From Phoronis australis (lineage: Eukaryota > Animalia > Phoronida), in contig NMRA01000007.1 of NCBI GenBank assembly GCA_002633005.1, forward strand, positions 1,006,362-1,070,361: a stretch of DNA of 64,000 nucleotides, read 5' to 3'. The notes under the pieces are model-generated. The model saw nothing but the letters and a program-made list of their open reading frames with translations. It was not told the origin of the DNA and ran no database searches. This document shows, piece by piece, positions 1 to 12,140 of the stretch. Position 1 is the first letter of the stretch. Each line of letters opens with the position of its first letter. The translations under genes were made by a program, and so were the position numbers.

Positions 1-372
1 ACAATTAAACACTACTGGTTTTACAGACAAAAATGCATGTCTGGAGTTACAATTGGATGGGATAGACGTTATTTGGTTTGTCAAGAGATCTAAAACAACA
101 AAATCCACTGTTTTTGTGATTTTATACAAATCCCCAATTCTCGCCACTGTCTGCCTGACATTCACTGAAATCAAGACCAGTGACTTTACCAGATAAAAAA
201 GCTCAAAATACTTTGCCATTCATTGAGTGGTATTTAGCTTCACCAACAGAGCATTTGATTGCGACTGGTGAGGCTGATCTCAAAAAATTACTTTTCTCGC
301 CGATAATGTTCCTTTAAGAAAATTGTTTCCAACAATTTATTGGTGCTTAAAAGATCTCCAACAAACACTAAC

Positions 373-480
373 CGTGGACAACTCGTTCTCTTGGATGGCC
401 AGTATTTCATTCACAGCCGTCAGTCGCACATTCACCAGATCTATAGTTGACTTGAGGTTGTCACAGTCACACTCCAACTC
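373..480 (-). CDS. CCHCR1: CCHCR1 exon 6
   Basis: tgacag acceptor, ACG|gttagt donor; ELECDCDNLK...NELST. Confidence 0.8.
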
Positions 481-3400
481 CTGTCAAAAACAATAACAAG
501 TGACGAGGTAAGAGATATCACGATAGGAATGTATAAATGCAACATACACTAATAGGAATGCAATACACGATTTGAATACATGCAACATAAACTAATAGGA
601 ATGCAATACACGATTTGAATACATGCAACATAAACTAATAGGAATGCAATACACGATTTGAATACATGCAACATAAACTAATAGGAATGCAATACACGAT
701 TTGAATACATGCAACATACACTAATAGGAATGCAATACACGATTTGAATGCAAAGCATCATGATATACTTACAAATGCAACATATCACGAAATGAAGATA
801 ACGCATCATAAAAGAACTGCAACAAATTATGATATGAATGCCATGTATCGTATAAATTCTGTGAATAAGGTTTCTATTTATCTTTATGACGTTCTCCACG
901 AATTTGTACCATTTTTCATGACATTTTTCACGACTTCCATGCATAGAAAATGCTTTTGAGACATGCCAGATTTTCTGTCACAGTTTGAACCATGGTCAAA
1001 CCTACGGATAGCAACAGTAGATACAGTAGATCTAAATCATACCTTTATTTTTTGAGTCAAGCTTTGTTTCTCATCCTTCCAAGCAGAAGCTGATTGACTG
1101 AACTCTTGCGTTTCTCTCAGATATGCCTTCAGTTGTGACGTCTCCTTCCTGTAGTGGTCAGCTTCTCGGATTTTTGAGCTGTTGGGAAAAGACCGAGTAA
1201 CCATGACAACCAGGATTTGATACTGCCATGTAGGGCCTATGCATGTTTATTGATCAGAGAATAATGTTTAGTCCACATTTTCAAGAAAGTCAATGTACAT
1301 ATCTAAGAGATCTAGTGGTTGGGAGAAACATAACACATCAAATTTCCCATCCCAAGATGCTTGCAATAAATTTACATTCGTCTATTCAAATTATTTAAAA
1401 CAACTTGATGTTCAAGTCCTAAGATGTGGCAGCCAATGTTCACGCAATGTTTTTCCGTTGTTAATATTATTCAGGATCTGCATCTGGCCAACTTCGGAAC
1501 ATCGTATCTCAGAAATGGCTTATCGGTTTTTGATTTATGCGAAACTTTCTGACAGTATGCTTTATGCACTGTTCGAACCAATGTGTTAGCAATTGTTTTT
1601 AAAATGTTCCACTTTTGCTTGAGGGGCTATCAAAAAATAGTCCTTTCTGCAAAAGTCACTCACTCTAAGTCTGTTGTCAGCTGAGACACTACATCTTCAC
1701 ATCTTGACCGCGTGCTGGTAACTTCCTGCCGAAGTTCAATTGCTTCAGAACGCCATTTTTCCAGTTCTTGCTGCAGATCAAATGTTTGTTTCCGTTCTTT
1801 GGAGAGAGCAGATTCCATCTCACTGCTCATTTCTGTAAGCTATTCAAAAGAATTTTCATTCAATTTTACTATCAGTATGGAATTCAATGACAACCTGAAA
1901 CAATTACAAACTGTGAAACCGTTTCGCACATGTACTAAGTGAACTCTTATTTTACAATATACCTTGGGAATGTTATGAAATAACCATGTACCCATAAAAT
2001 CATTAAACTTTAAAACATACCTGCACCCTGGGGAAGAACCCGTCCCCATAAAAAAACTTCAAATATCAATGTAATTATTTTAGTTTTCAAAAGCAATGAC
2101 AATGATATAATGTCTTAAATTTTAGAATTTAAGATACCACAAGTAAGACCAAGCAAGGCCCGGTTCAAATCCCAGTTTGAGGTGCCTTACGAAAGCAGAG
2201 TTTAGTGCGAGTTTGGACAAATCATTCTTGTTTGTACGAGTCAAAAGGTAATTTCGTCAACATGCTTGACATTAATGGTCAGCGAAGCTGAAGTGTTGAG
2301 TTGTACGAGAAAATACACTATTTCCTTAAGACATACAGCAGCTACATGATATTTCCATTATACAAATTAGGTTTTCTCACCACAAGTGTCTAGAGCGCTG
2401 CCAAATGTGTCCCTGCCCACATTAATGCCTCACCTGTCTTTCATAGTCCTCTAGATTGTCCCTGTATCTGACCTCCACCGCCCGTGCTGCACGTACACTC
2501 GCCGCCTCCTGCTGTTCGAGCTCTCTCTGGTGGTCAAGCTTGACCTGGTGCAAGGTTGACCTCAGGTCACTGATCTCGCTGGATTGACGAGCAATGAGCT
2601 CATCAAGATGACGTGACGGGTCCCTAAGTATGGACACTGGCTCATTGGTATGTTGCACACTGACTTGAGCCTTCAAATGCTGAGGAAAATATGCATACTA
2701 ATTAAGACATTAATGATCTAAGAAATTTACCAGGTCACCAAACAAAATATGAAGTCGCATTGGCGACTTGCCGGTTGCCAAATCAGGTCCTAAGTTTCAT
2801 TTCAATTGAAATCAGTAGGTAAGCCATCAAATTAACCACCAAGTCAAATCAAAGAACAGACACCTCCACGGAATAGTACATAGTTACTATACCACATGGT
2901 TCAAAGTCTACTAACAAAATTGGTAGAACCACACTCATTTTCCCGCCAATAAGCTTACACCAAATTTGAACCTCAAGATGACCTACCTCAGGTACTGGGA
3001 TAACAGTAGCGGGCAGCGACTGCTGTTTTTCAACCTTCAGTTTTTCATTTTCCAGTTTGAGTTGAAGAATTTCATTTGTTGCTTTTGCCAATGACTGCCA
3101 CGGATCACCTCGTGTCTTTTTAGTAACCTCAAAGCTTGATGGTGGTAATAGCTGTGGTTGGCTTTGAGCTGAAAACCATAAGTTAGAAATCAAGAAAACA
3201 TCAGGCAATTTGTTGTTTACATATACTGTATAATATGTTTGATTTTGTATTATTTGGTCTATTCTCACATTTACTGAGTTCTGATGAATGTGTTCAGATA
3301 AAGTATCAATGTCCAGAATCGACTTAGGGGGTAACAATCACTTACCAGTTTTCTCCAATGAATAACCAGCATCAAACTGGTTCTAAAAACCCGTGTTCCT

Positions 3401-4072
3401 GAAAGTGACCATTGCCGACTTAGGATATCCTCAAGAAAACACACAAAGGTATGACACTTGAAATTGAGCTCAGAATTTCAGAAGTGCCCAATCAGTCACT
3501 CTACATACAACTCCAACTTTTGGAAAACAGGTTTGTAATAGAAGTCGTAATTTCTTGTCTTGACAAGAGTGTAAATTCAGAATTTTCAGCGCTACTGAAT
3601 TTAAATTTCTTCTTCAAATTTGCGAATTTTTCAAAAATAGAGTTTAGAAACCTCCCAGTTCTCTGATACTTCAAAAAAGTAGGAGTTTTGCACAAATGCA
3701 AAATTTTCAGTAAATTAGCCATTTCCGTTTGTGTCAGCAAATTCAATGTAACAAGTAAAACTGTCAAACATTTGTTTTTAAACAAAACCGTAATGGTGTC
3801 GTTTGTGTTGATATAAGTTTCAAGACGAGGTGACGAGCAGAATTACGCGGTTTGTGTGATATTTCGGTAAAATATGAATAGTCATTACACTGCAGCTGGC
3901 TAGCTAGCCGTCACCCACAGTCTCACTCTTTTGAAAAATAGAGTAGTTCATTCCCCAAACACTACCACTTTGCAGGTTTAATTTGATAAATGACATTAGC
4001 AACCTGTGCATCACTCCATGTCTTACCTCTGTGGAGAGCAAACTCATGCGGAGTTTTGACTTTTTCCGCCAT
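373..4072 (-). CDS. CCHCR1: Coiled-coil alpha-helical rod protein 1 homolog, 5' portion (continues off the left edge)
   Basis: Six GT-AG exons in consistent phase: 4072-4027, 3168-2987, 2679-2434, 1839-1664, 1178-1043, 480-373 (894 nt, 298 aa). LLPPSSF and LKAYLRE..SAWKDEKQSL..DNLKSTIDLVNVRLTAVNEILAIQENELS resemble human CCHCR1 LIPPSHF and [45 protein letters not shown] (recalled). Confidence 0.8.
537..749. repeat. Minisatellite, 43-bp unit, about 5 copies
   Basis: ctaataggaatgcaatacacgatttgaatacatgcaacata(a/c)a units start at 549, 592, 635, 678 and 721 with no spacers. Confidence 0.95.
1043..1178 (-). CDS. CCHCR1: CCHCR1 exon 5
   Basis: caacag acceptor, AAG|gtatga donor; SKIREADHY...TQKIK. 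Confidence 0.8.
1664..1839 (-). CDS. CCHCR1: CCHCR1 exon 4
   Basis: gaatag acceptor, GA|gtgagt donor; LTEMSSEMESALSKE... Confidence 0.75.
2434..2679 (-). CDS. CCHCR1: CCHCR1 exon 3
   Basis: cctcag acceptor, CAG|gtgagg donor; coiled-coil HLKAQ...YERQ. Confidence 0.8.
2987..3168 (-). CDS. CCHCR1: CCHCR1 exon 2
   Basis: tttcag acceptor, GAG|gtaggt donor; QSQPQLLPPSSFEV...PVPE. Confidence 0.75.
4027..4072 (-). CDS. CCHCR1: CCHCR1 exon 1 (MAEKVKTPHEFALHR)
   Basis: ATG at 4072, donor AG|GTAAGA; phase 1 matches the next exon. Confidence 0.6.
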
Positions 4073-6396
4073 TCGAGTCCGAGAAATAGAACTAATAGCA
4101 TTTAAACAAAAATTTGTTATAACGAACAGAATTCCGATAGGTGTCACTGTCGCACGAAGGTGGACCAACCCAAGACCGTAATGAGCTTGATTAGTACCAG
4201 AATTGGGTATCTTTTACGAATTACACTTTATTCGGCTTGCAGAAAGAACGATCCGCCAAAATCATTCTCTATGATGTATAAAAGTAACATGAGAAACCCA
4301 ATCGGGTGTAATACCGAAAGAAACCCTCACCTCGACTGGGAATGAGTAGATCATCCCCGGAATCGTCAATGACGGCTCAATATCAGCTGGGGGAGGTGGG
4401 GGTGGGCACAAGTTAGATATATGGTGGGATAGCACAGGCTAGAATCATTCGAAAACATGCATGAGTTACTGTTATCTGGATAGAAACAATTTGACCAAAT
4501 TTATGAATTTTCACCGAAGAAATCAAGTTATAGAAACCACATGGGGCCAGCAGTAGTCAAATCATAAAAAATTGACGTCCGCCATTGTCATAGTCATAGA
4601 AATATAATTGCAAAAAAACAATGAAGCATCTTGATGGGGTTCACGAGTTACAAGTGCTGAATGCCGGTAATCAAGGACGAGATGGTACGTCCTTTCCGGC
4701 ATCGCCACAAACAGAAAGCCCAATTTTTAATTTTTTTAGTTTCTTAGTCATACAGAAAACCGATAACAAAATATTATCTGAAATCATCAGGATCCCACGA
4801 ATTGGCCCCCAAAGCACCTCAAAAATGGTTAAACACAAAAATGGGCAAAATTTACCGCATTTTTGCTCTCCAATTTAGGGGAGAAACCCTTTTAAAAATG
4901 AAAAGACTGTCTTGTGATAGAGAAGTTCAATTTTTACAAAAATATTATAAACATTTTTTTCTCTTTCATTTGCACCGTTTTAAAACTACTTATTATACCT
5001 ATATGAGCTAAACCTGTGCTTTTTGGTCCAAAATGTTGATGATTCTTTAACTTAAAAAATATTCGCCTACATAATATGAAATTCTTTTGAAAATATCTCA
5101 CCGGGATGTATGAACACGCAATTTCTTCAAGATCTGAGTCGGTGATCCTAGTCTCGAATCGACCGCGAGGAACAGCAATTAATAATGCTAAGAAAACCCA
5201 CAGTTAAAGCGTACAAGGCAAATTTATCACCGTCAGCTAGTAGTGAGACAGTCCTCATGAAACATTTCTTCACATCTGAAATGCTCCACAATATGAATGA
5301 ATTTCTTTGCCCATCATTTTCTTTCCTTGCCCAACGTTTTCCCTTTTTGCTACTATACTGCCACGTCCCCTCAACCCGCCTTACACAGTTATACTTGTTC
5401 TCATATGTAAATAACCGCGGGCGGCACTAAAGAGTGCGTCGCCATATTACACATAAGTTGTTTGCACCGTCGGTGTGAAATGAGAACGCAAAGGCGCTTT
5501 TCGGAGACTTTCTAAGACGTCATGTAGCACTTGTGTGCGCCAAAAATCGGTTAGTGCATAGTGCAGTTTTCATGGATAGGTCACATTCTTCCGCTTGGCA
5601 CCCTAGACAATTCAGTGGATGCCACACAGCTAGCGCTCAAGCAGTCCTGATTAGAAACGCTTTAAAATGATGCTTTCATTTTTTATTAATAGTTATTATT
5701 ATTTTTTGACGCTGAACGTTTTCGGTCATGAGCTTTTACGAAGTGGACATTCCAAATTTCTAATTACTGCATTTGTGTCACGACGTTTAAACTCAGTGGC
5801 TGTCGCTCTTGTACGGAAAATGAAATTCAAAACTCTGTTGAGTTTGACCCCCCCCCCCCCGGCTTCTACAATTGCCTTTTGTGTCATTTTCTATGCCGGA
5901 CAGAATGTTGCCCCCCCCTTATAATATCCTAGATCCGCCCCCGAAGAAATGAAGGCGTTGCTTTAACAATAGTTCACTGTGTGTGAAGTATAAGGTACTT
6001 ATTTTGGAAACAAAAAATGAATATTCAAATCAAAGGATCAATGGCATTATGTTATGTTATGTTTGAATGGTTACAGTTCCGGCAGTTCATACTATTCTGC
6101 TTCCAATAAAGGCAAACAGTTAACTGAGCGACAATACTTGAAGATCACCCGATCACTAAATTTGATAAACCGCATGAACCAACCGGGAGCGGGACAATGT
6201 CAACGTGGATTGGCTCATTGTCCCGCTCCCGAACCAACCCGGCCGTGGACAGCTTCTTAACGATTTCGAGTATAGGTAATAGGTGTCGCAATAATATATT
6301 GCGCTCTCCGTCATTGAAAATTATATTTTGTGGAGTCAACATTTCCTGGATTCGGTTCCGGGATTTGGTCTTGATTTCATAAGTTTTGCGGTGAAA

Positions 6397-6496
6397 ATGT
6401 CTTCTGAAAGGTTTGAGAGTTTAGATGAAGAATTCAACAACATATACATTTCCACAAAAAGGAAAATTACAGATCGATTACCGAGAAGCTATGGAG
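6397..6496 (+). CDS. VTI1B: VTI1B exon 1
   Basis: aaaATGTCT start; G|gtaagt donor. Confidence 0.9.
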
Positions 6497-9400
6497 GTAA
6501 GTGCCGAGTTTGGACCACGAACTCCGAAGTCATGTGACACGGTCTATGGAGTGACCATTTTTGGCAGACTCAAAATAACAAAATCACTTGGATTCTTCTT
6601 ACGTTTCTTTAGAAGTTTTTAAATGTTTTTATGATTAATTTATTTACAGAAGAGAAAAAAACAGTATTACGAGGAATTGAGGGTGATCTTGAAGATGCGC
6701 GACAGATAGTAAGTATTTTTACACCGATTAGTGTACTTAGACTTTAGTTTAGAGTTAGAGTTGATGTAATAAAAACAGCAAGTACATTATGAGAGAATAC
6801 TGGAATAATTAAATATTGGTAATCCTGAATTTTACAGAAAGTGTATCTAAAAGTCTTATGTTTCCTAAAATCTTACGTGAAGCAAAATCTGAGAAATAAG
6901 TGTCATCAGGGTACTAGTATTTGCATTCCATTAAGTTGCATTCAGTGTCTGGTAACACCTTGTTTTTTATAGCCTTATTTGACCTTGTGAATAGAAGATG
7001 TAATTTAGACTCCTAAGTGGCCCCAAAGTGGATGATTGCACAATGTAACGGCTGTGAAAGACTTATGAACCTAAAACCATTCTCCACATTGAAAACATCC
7101 AAGTAAACTGACAACCCTCTACTGTTTCACATTTTCATTTGTGTTTAAACCCTAACAGCACTTGCATGTTTCATGCCAAGAGAGCAAAGAAATTCTTCAC
7201 ACTGCAGTGAGATATTACACGGGCTTTGGTCATCAACACTTGACTGATTGACTCATCAACGAAAGAACGCAGTGCATTCATCAAATTAGATTTCATAGCT
7301 AATTTTATTGCAAACAATATCGTGTTCCAGCAGCAACTATATCTAAACACAGAAGCTGCAATTTTGCAATATTTTGCTCGCAGCGTGTGTGGCAACGTAG
7401 TGTCCAACTTTTAATTGTCCGTCAAATGTCCGAGGATTTCTTAGTTGTCTTCTTTAAAGATTAGTCAGAACATAAATACGACAAGAATCGATAACAGTAA
7501 TTCTATATGTGTGTCAAAACATCCAATAGTTCCGTCGCTTGTCTTCTTATTCAAATCAAAACAATTTAATTTATTTTGAAATTTGATTAGGGATACCAGA
7601 AAGTAAGTAATAACCAAAACCATCTCAAGCCAATGACTACAGCGCTTGCAGTTTTTTACCTCAAATATAAGAGCGTTATTAAACATTTTAATCTTGAACA
7701 TCAAGAACCCGACCCTAACCTTAACACTTGAAACAAATGACATCTCTAGCACTAACCATACCATTTGAAGGATTATGATTGACAGTTTTGAAGTAGGATG
7801 CGTTAGAAAGCATCAAACTGAGTTAAATAATTTAGATTATTTAAGCGCAGTATGTTTGACTTAAACATCTAATTTAGACCCAAAAATGCTGGATTACCAA
7901 TGTACTGATACAACCTAATATTATATAGGGTGAATTGGTCTACAAACAAAATTCAACTTTTACAAATTACATGTGACCATGATTCTAGTAACTTTTTAAA
8001 GATAAATTGATGTCGTCACAATCTTAAAAAGTAGGTCACAGTCTCAAAAGTAGATGGGAACGAGTTCCACAGTGCTTCACCATAATTAGATAAACAGCCC
8101 TGTTCATACTTCTTCTAGCCTTTTCATACTAATGATGTTTTGGGGGGTTGTGTTGAGTATGAATGGTTAACTTTGGTCCTGGATTGAATTTAACGGCATT
8201 AGTTAACTTGGCAGTAAACAAGTGAATTTAACAGCGAAACGTCAATGCTGCAATGCAGTATGAATGGTCAACTTCGGTCTTATTGAAGTTATCGCCAGGG
8301 GCCAATTCTGTCGTCAACATTTTAAGAGCTAGTAGTTGGTTATATTTTGCACGAATAATCACCAGATGAATTAGAAATAAGTTTTATGTCAATTAGCATA
8401 ATGTAAATGTTCTCAAATTGTCACATTAAAAATATCTTAGCATACATCAGCGATATCGTGCGATTACTTGGATGACAAAAGCGTCACCTACTGTTTACTT
8501 CGATGACGTCACCTAACTACAGAAGCTGATATGAACGATTCAAGTAACTTCACAGTTTATGTCGATGCTCCGCTCATACCGGAGTTAAGTTAGTATGAAA
8601 GGGCCTTTATTGCTATAGTTAGTCACAGCTAGTTAGATATTGTTTCTGAGATTATAATGAACTGATCTAAGCTTAAACGCGTGTTCGGTGAGTGGTTAAT
8701 AATAGCGTTCTCTTCCTGGCTAGTCTACGTGTCAAAAGTCATGCTCTCAAGTATTATACTTGTAGTCATAAATTAAATTTAAATTCTTGAAATTGAGTGA
8801 TACTGAATTCTTTAGAGCTACTTGTTGTAGACAGTTCTACAGGAAGACCAGAGAACAGTGATTATAATGAGACAATATAAAACACTTTTATCGATGTTTG
8901 TACGAAATCGTTTAAAGTTTTGATGATATTTTGTTGCCCAGCTTCAAGACATGGACATAGAGGCCAGGAAGGCACCCCCAAGTTACCGTAATGACATGAT
9001 CAACAAAGTGAGGCGATTTAGGCAAGACTTGGACAACTTAGTGCGTGACATGGTAGGTAAAGTAAAAAACTGAAAACCAGCGGTGTGATAAAATCTCCCT
9101 AATTCTGCACGTTAATTGCCAAAACTGGGCTTTTTCAATTTTCAAGGGGTTGCAATGTTGTTTTGAATGTCCAAAGTTGTTCAAAATATTGTCTCGAGGA
9201 AGCTGTGGTACAGAACCTTGATAAGGGGTTACTTAAGTACAACTTTAAAGAAAAAGTGATGAAATAAAAACTCAATTCTCTGTCTTATTATTTCCTTAAG
9301 TTTTGAGATTTTACTGTACTTTAGTGACATGGTTTAGTTGGTTGCAGTTCTTAGTGTAGGGGGTCTGTAAGATATCACTTCCTGGCGATTAGTGGGTTGC

Positions 9401-12140
9401 AAAAACGAGAGAAGTTGCTTACAAGAAGACTATAAGTTAGGTAAGCATAACGTTTTGAGCCTGCAGCTCAGGTGCTTTTTCACACAACTGATCTTCCCAA
9501 CAGCAGGAATCATTTTTTATCAGTGAAGGATTGCAAATTAGCTGATAAGTCATTTTCGTAATTATTAATTATGTGTATTACCTGGTTTCAGAAAAGGGCC
9601 AACAGCAGTTTTGGTGGGAGAGATGAGTTACTGGGAAGACAGCAAGATGAAATAGAGGTAATGGTGAACCCTACATGTCAATGCTCTTGAGAATTGTAAG
9701 ATAGAATGTGTTCCTTCTCTATATATATTAAAGTACATGGATATTATTCTTCAATCTGGAACAAAATGTGATGGAATAACGAAATTTGGATTTTTGGATT
9801 TTTGTAAATTTTGAAAACAAAAAATGAATTAATGGAAGAAAATTTTATTTAATTTAATAACAGTCTGTGTTATCATAGATCATAGACAACAGATTTGCAA
9901 TTCCGATATTTTTTATGGAATACCCAGAGGAGGCGCCACTTTCCATTTTGTGAGCAGATGACTTACTTGCCAGAAATAGTGTTGGTGGCGACTTTTGTGT
10001 AATTGGGAATTTACTATGTATGTGATCCATGTACTATAGTCTGTGGTGATATACTGTTGTTATCAAAACAATACATGGAAAAAATTGTACACTTTAAGCA
10101 ATACAATAAAGTTTCAAAAAAATGGAAAATGACAATGTCAGATGTTGTTACTATTTGAATTTTAGGAAATGTAACCATTTGTTGTTTCTTGCTTGTTTTA
10201 CTGTATTGCAAAATGGAGTTCTTTGCTTTTAAAATTACCTATTATTTGTCTCGTTTATTTGTATCAGGAATGCATTTACTCCAGTCAGAATGGGTTAAAC
10301 TCAATACTTGCATTCCATTCTTCATAAGTGTGTACTTTCCAAGGATTGACCTTTTTAAATACCCTATGAGAAAATGAAGTGTTGTCAAAAAAAAGAATTG
10401 AATCTCATAAAATAAATAAGACATTATTTCCCTCAACACGCAATTAAAATTTATACCACTTTCACTCATGTACCAATATCACTCATTCTACACTACATTT
10501 AAAACAGGATGATTTATGTCATATTATATTTAAATTCTTCAGTTTTCTTTTCAAACCTTTTTCTTGCAGAGAATGGAAAACTCACAAAGGGCTAAGCTAA
10601 TTCAGGGCACGCGGGCTCTGGAACGGGCATCGGACAGTGTGGCGAGGTCACATCAGATCGCTGCTGAGACCGACCAGATTGCCGTAGACACAATAGACGA
10701 ACTTCAGACACAGAGGGAGTCACTACTGCGAACAAAGGACAGAGTAAGCAAGTGTGATACAATGGCTGATCTTGGTTCACTCTGCCAGATTAGCAAGGTC
10801 AAGCGACTAAGACATCCGATTGGTTTGCAAGGTGGAAGTCATTGCTGTGAACCAATCAAATGTTCAGTAGGGTTGACCCGGCTAACCCGGGAGAGTGAAT
10901 CAAATGCAGCCTGTATAACACTCAACCTTTCAGTTTTGCAGCAAGCGAAATGTTGAATTTCTAATAATGAAGTTATTGTGCCATTTGATAAGTAATGTGT
11001 CTGGTAAACTTTTGGTAAATTTTTGTTAATTGCAGATAGATGCCAAAGTATCAAAATTCCATTTTGCCGTCTGATGTACACTGCTCACAAACATAGCCTA
11101 GTTGACACACGTACACAAAAATCTACGCTAGCAATCGATCTTGTAAATCATGTCATGCGACTCATGATTGCCTGTTTTGGATAGATATGTGATGAGAACA
11201 GCGCATACTTGAAAGAGCCCAAAGACAAATACTCTGTTGTGCTCTTCTGGAAACAAGGTTCGAAAAAACTCGCATGGGGTCTTTTTGGAATCATTTTAAA
11301 TTTAAGTACATTTGAAAAAAGTGTTCAAAATACCAATATTTTCTCAACTTATAATATTAATTACAATATTAATAACTCTTATAAGAATATTTCTAGTGGA
11401 TCACTAGTCAACAGAAGGGTCGTCGGACATGTTGTAATAGCTAAGCTGCTGAGAAAATGAAACTTTGCTCTGCAAGCATAACTTAAAAACTCATGACTGA
11501 ATGATGGGGCAGTGGGCAGTCGTACAATTTTGCAAAAGACGCCCCAGAGATAAAGTCACTTCTTTAAAATGGAGGTTTCCAAAAGAAACCCCAGGGGACT
11601 CTTTTGGAAATCGTTGATAGTTTGTTCAGACTTTCGCTATTTGTTCTGTTTCAGCTCAGTGATACAGACGCTAACCTGTCAAAAAGTAGACGTATTTTAA
11701 ACACCATGGCAAGGAGGTATGTTATGTGGTTAAACATCTCTGTTGAACAAAAAACAGTGTAACGCCTGGTGGATAATCCACGAACTGTGCTCTCTTAAAC
11801 TAAATCGAATTCCTTCAGATCATTTACTTGAATTTTAGAAATTTTCAGAGGATAAGACTTATCCAGCATCAGTGTTACTTAAAACTCAATTCCATTTTTA
11901 TCACAAATTAAGCCACTCATTCCCGAAAAACTACAGGTGCATAATATAATTGGACTTTTAATTACATTTTTCCTAGTCTGCATCAAGTCTCCTTTTTATT
12001 TCAGGATGATGACAAACAAGTTGATTCTGGCAGTGATTATTCTGGTTGAACTCGCTGTTATTGGACTCATTGTTTACTTCAGATTTTTTGCTCACAAAAA
12101 GCCCCACCCCACTCCAACCCCACACCCAACAACTCACTGA
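6397..12140 (+). CDS. VTI1B: Vesicle transport through interaction with t-SNAREs 1B (Qb-SNARE), complete, 235 aa
   Basis: Exons 6397-6496, 6650-6708, 8942-9052, 9592-9657, 10570-10743, 11655-11716, 12005-12140 (708 nt, all GT-AG, in frame). N-terminal helical bundle (MSSERFESL..), SNARE motif (QRAKLIQGTRALERASDSVARSHQIAAETDQI..QRESLLRTKDRL) and C-terminal TM helix (NKLILAVIILVELAVIGLIVYFRFF). Confidence 0.93.
6650..6708 (+). CDS. VTI1B: VTI1B exon 2
   Basis: ttacag acceptor; EEKKTVLRGIEGDLEDARQI; gtaagt donor. Confidence 0.9.
8118..8604. mobile_element. MITE-like element in VTI1B intron 2
   Basis: 15-bp terminal inverted repeats gccttttcatactaa / ttagtatgaaagggc (14/15 match); non-coding interior. 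Confidence 0.55.
8942..9052 (+). CDS. VTI1B: VTI1B exon 3
   Basis: LQDMDIEARKAPPSYRNDMINKVRRFRQDL; gtaggt donor. Confidence 0.9.
9592..9657 (+). CDS. VTI1B: VTI1B exon 4
   Basis: tttcag acceptor; KRANSSFGGRDELLGRQQDEIE; gtaatg donor. Confidence 0.85.
10570..10743 (+). CDS. VTI1B: VTI1B exon 5 (SNARE motif)
   Basis: ttgcag acceptor; gtaagc donor. Confidence 0.93.
11655..11716 (+). CDS. VTI1B: VTI1B exon 6
   Basis: LSDTDANLSKSRRILNTMAR; AG|gtatgt donor. Confidence 0.9.
12005..12140 (+). CDS. VTI1B: VTI1B exon 7 (TM anchor and tail, stop)
   Basis: tttcag acceptor; MMTNKLILAVII...PTTH*. Confidence 0.92.

Noticed and set aside
537-749. 43-bp repeats as a CRISPR array
   Set aside because: The units are contiguous with no unique spacers, there are no cas genes, and the context is a eukaryotic intron.
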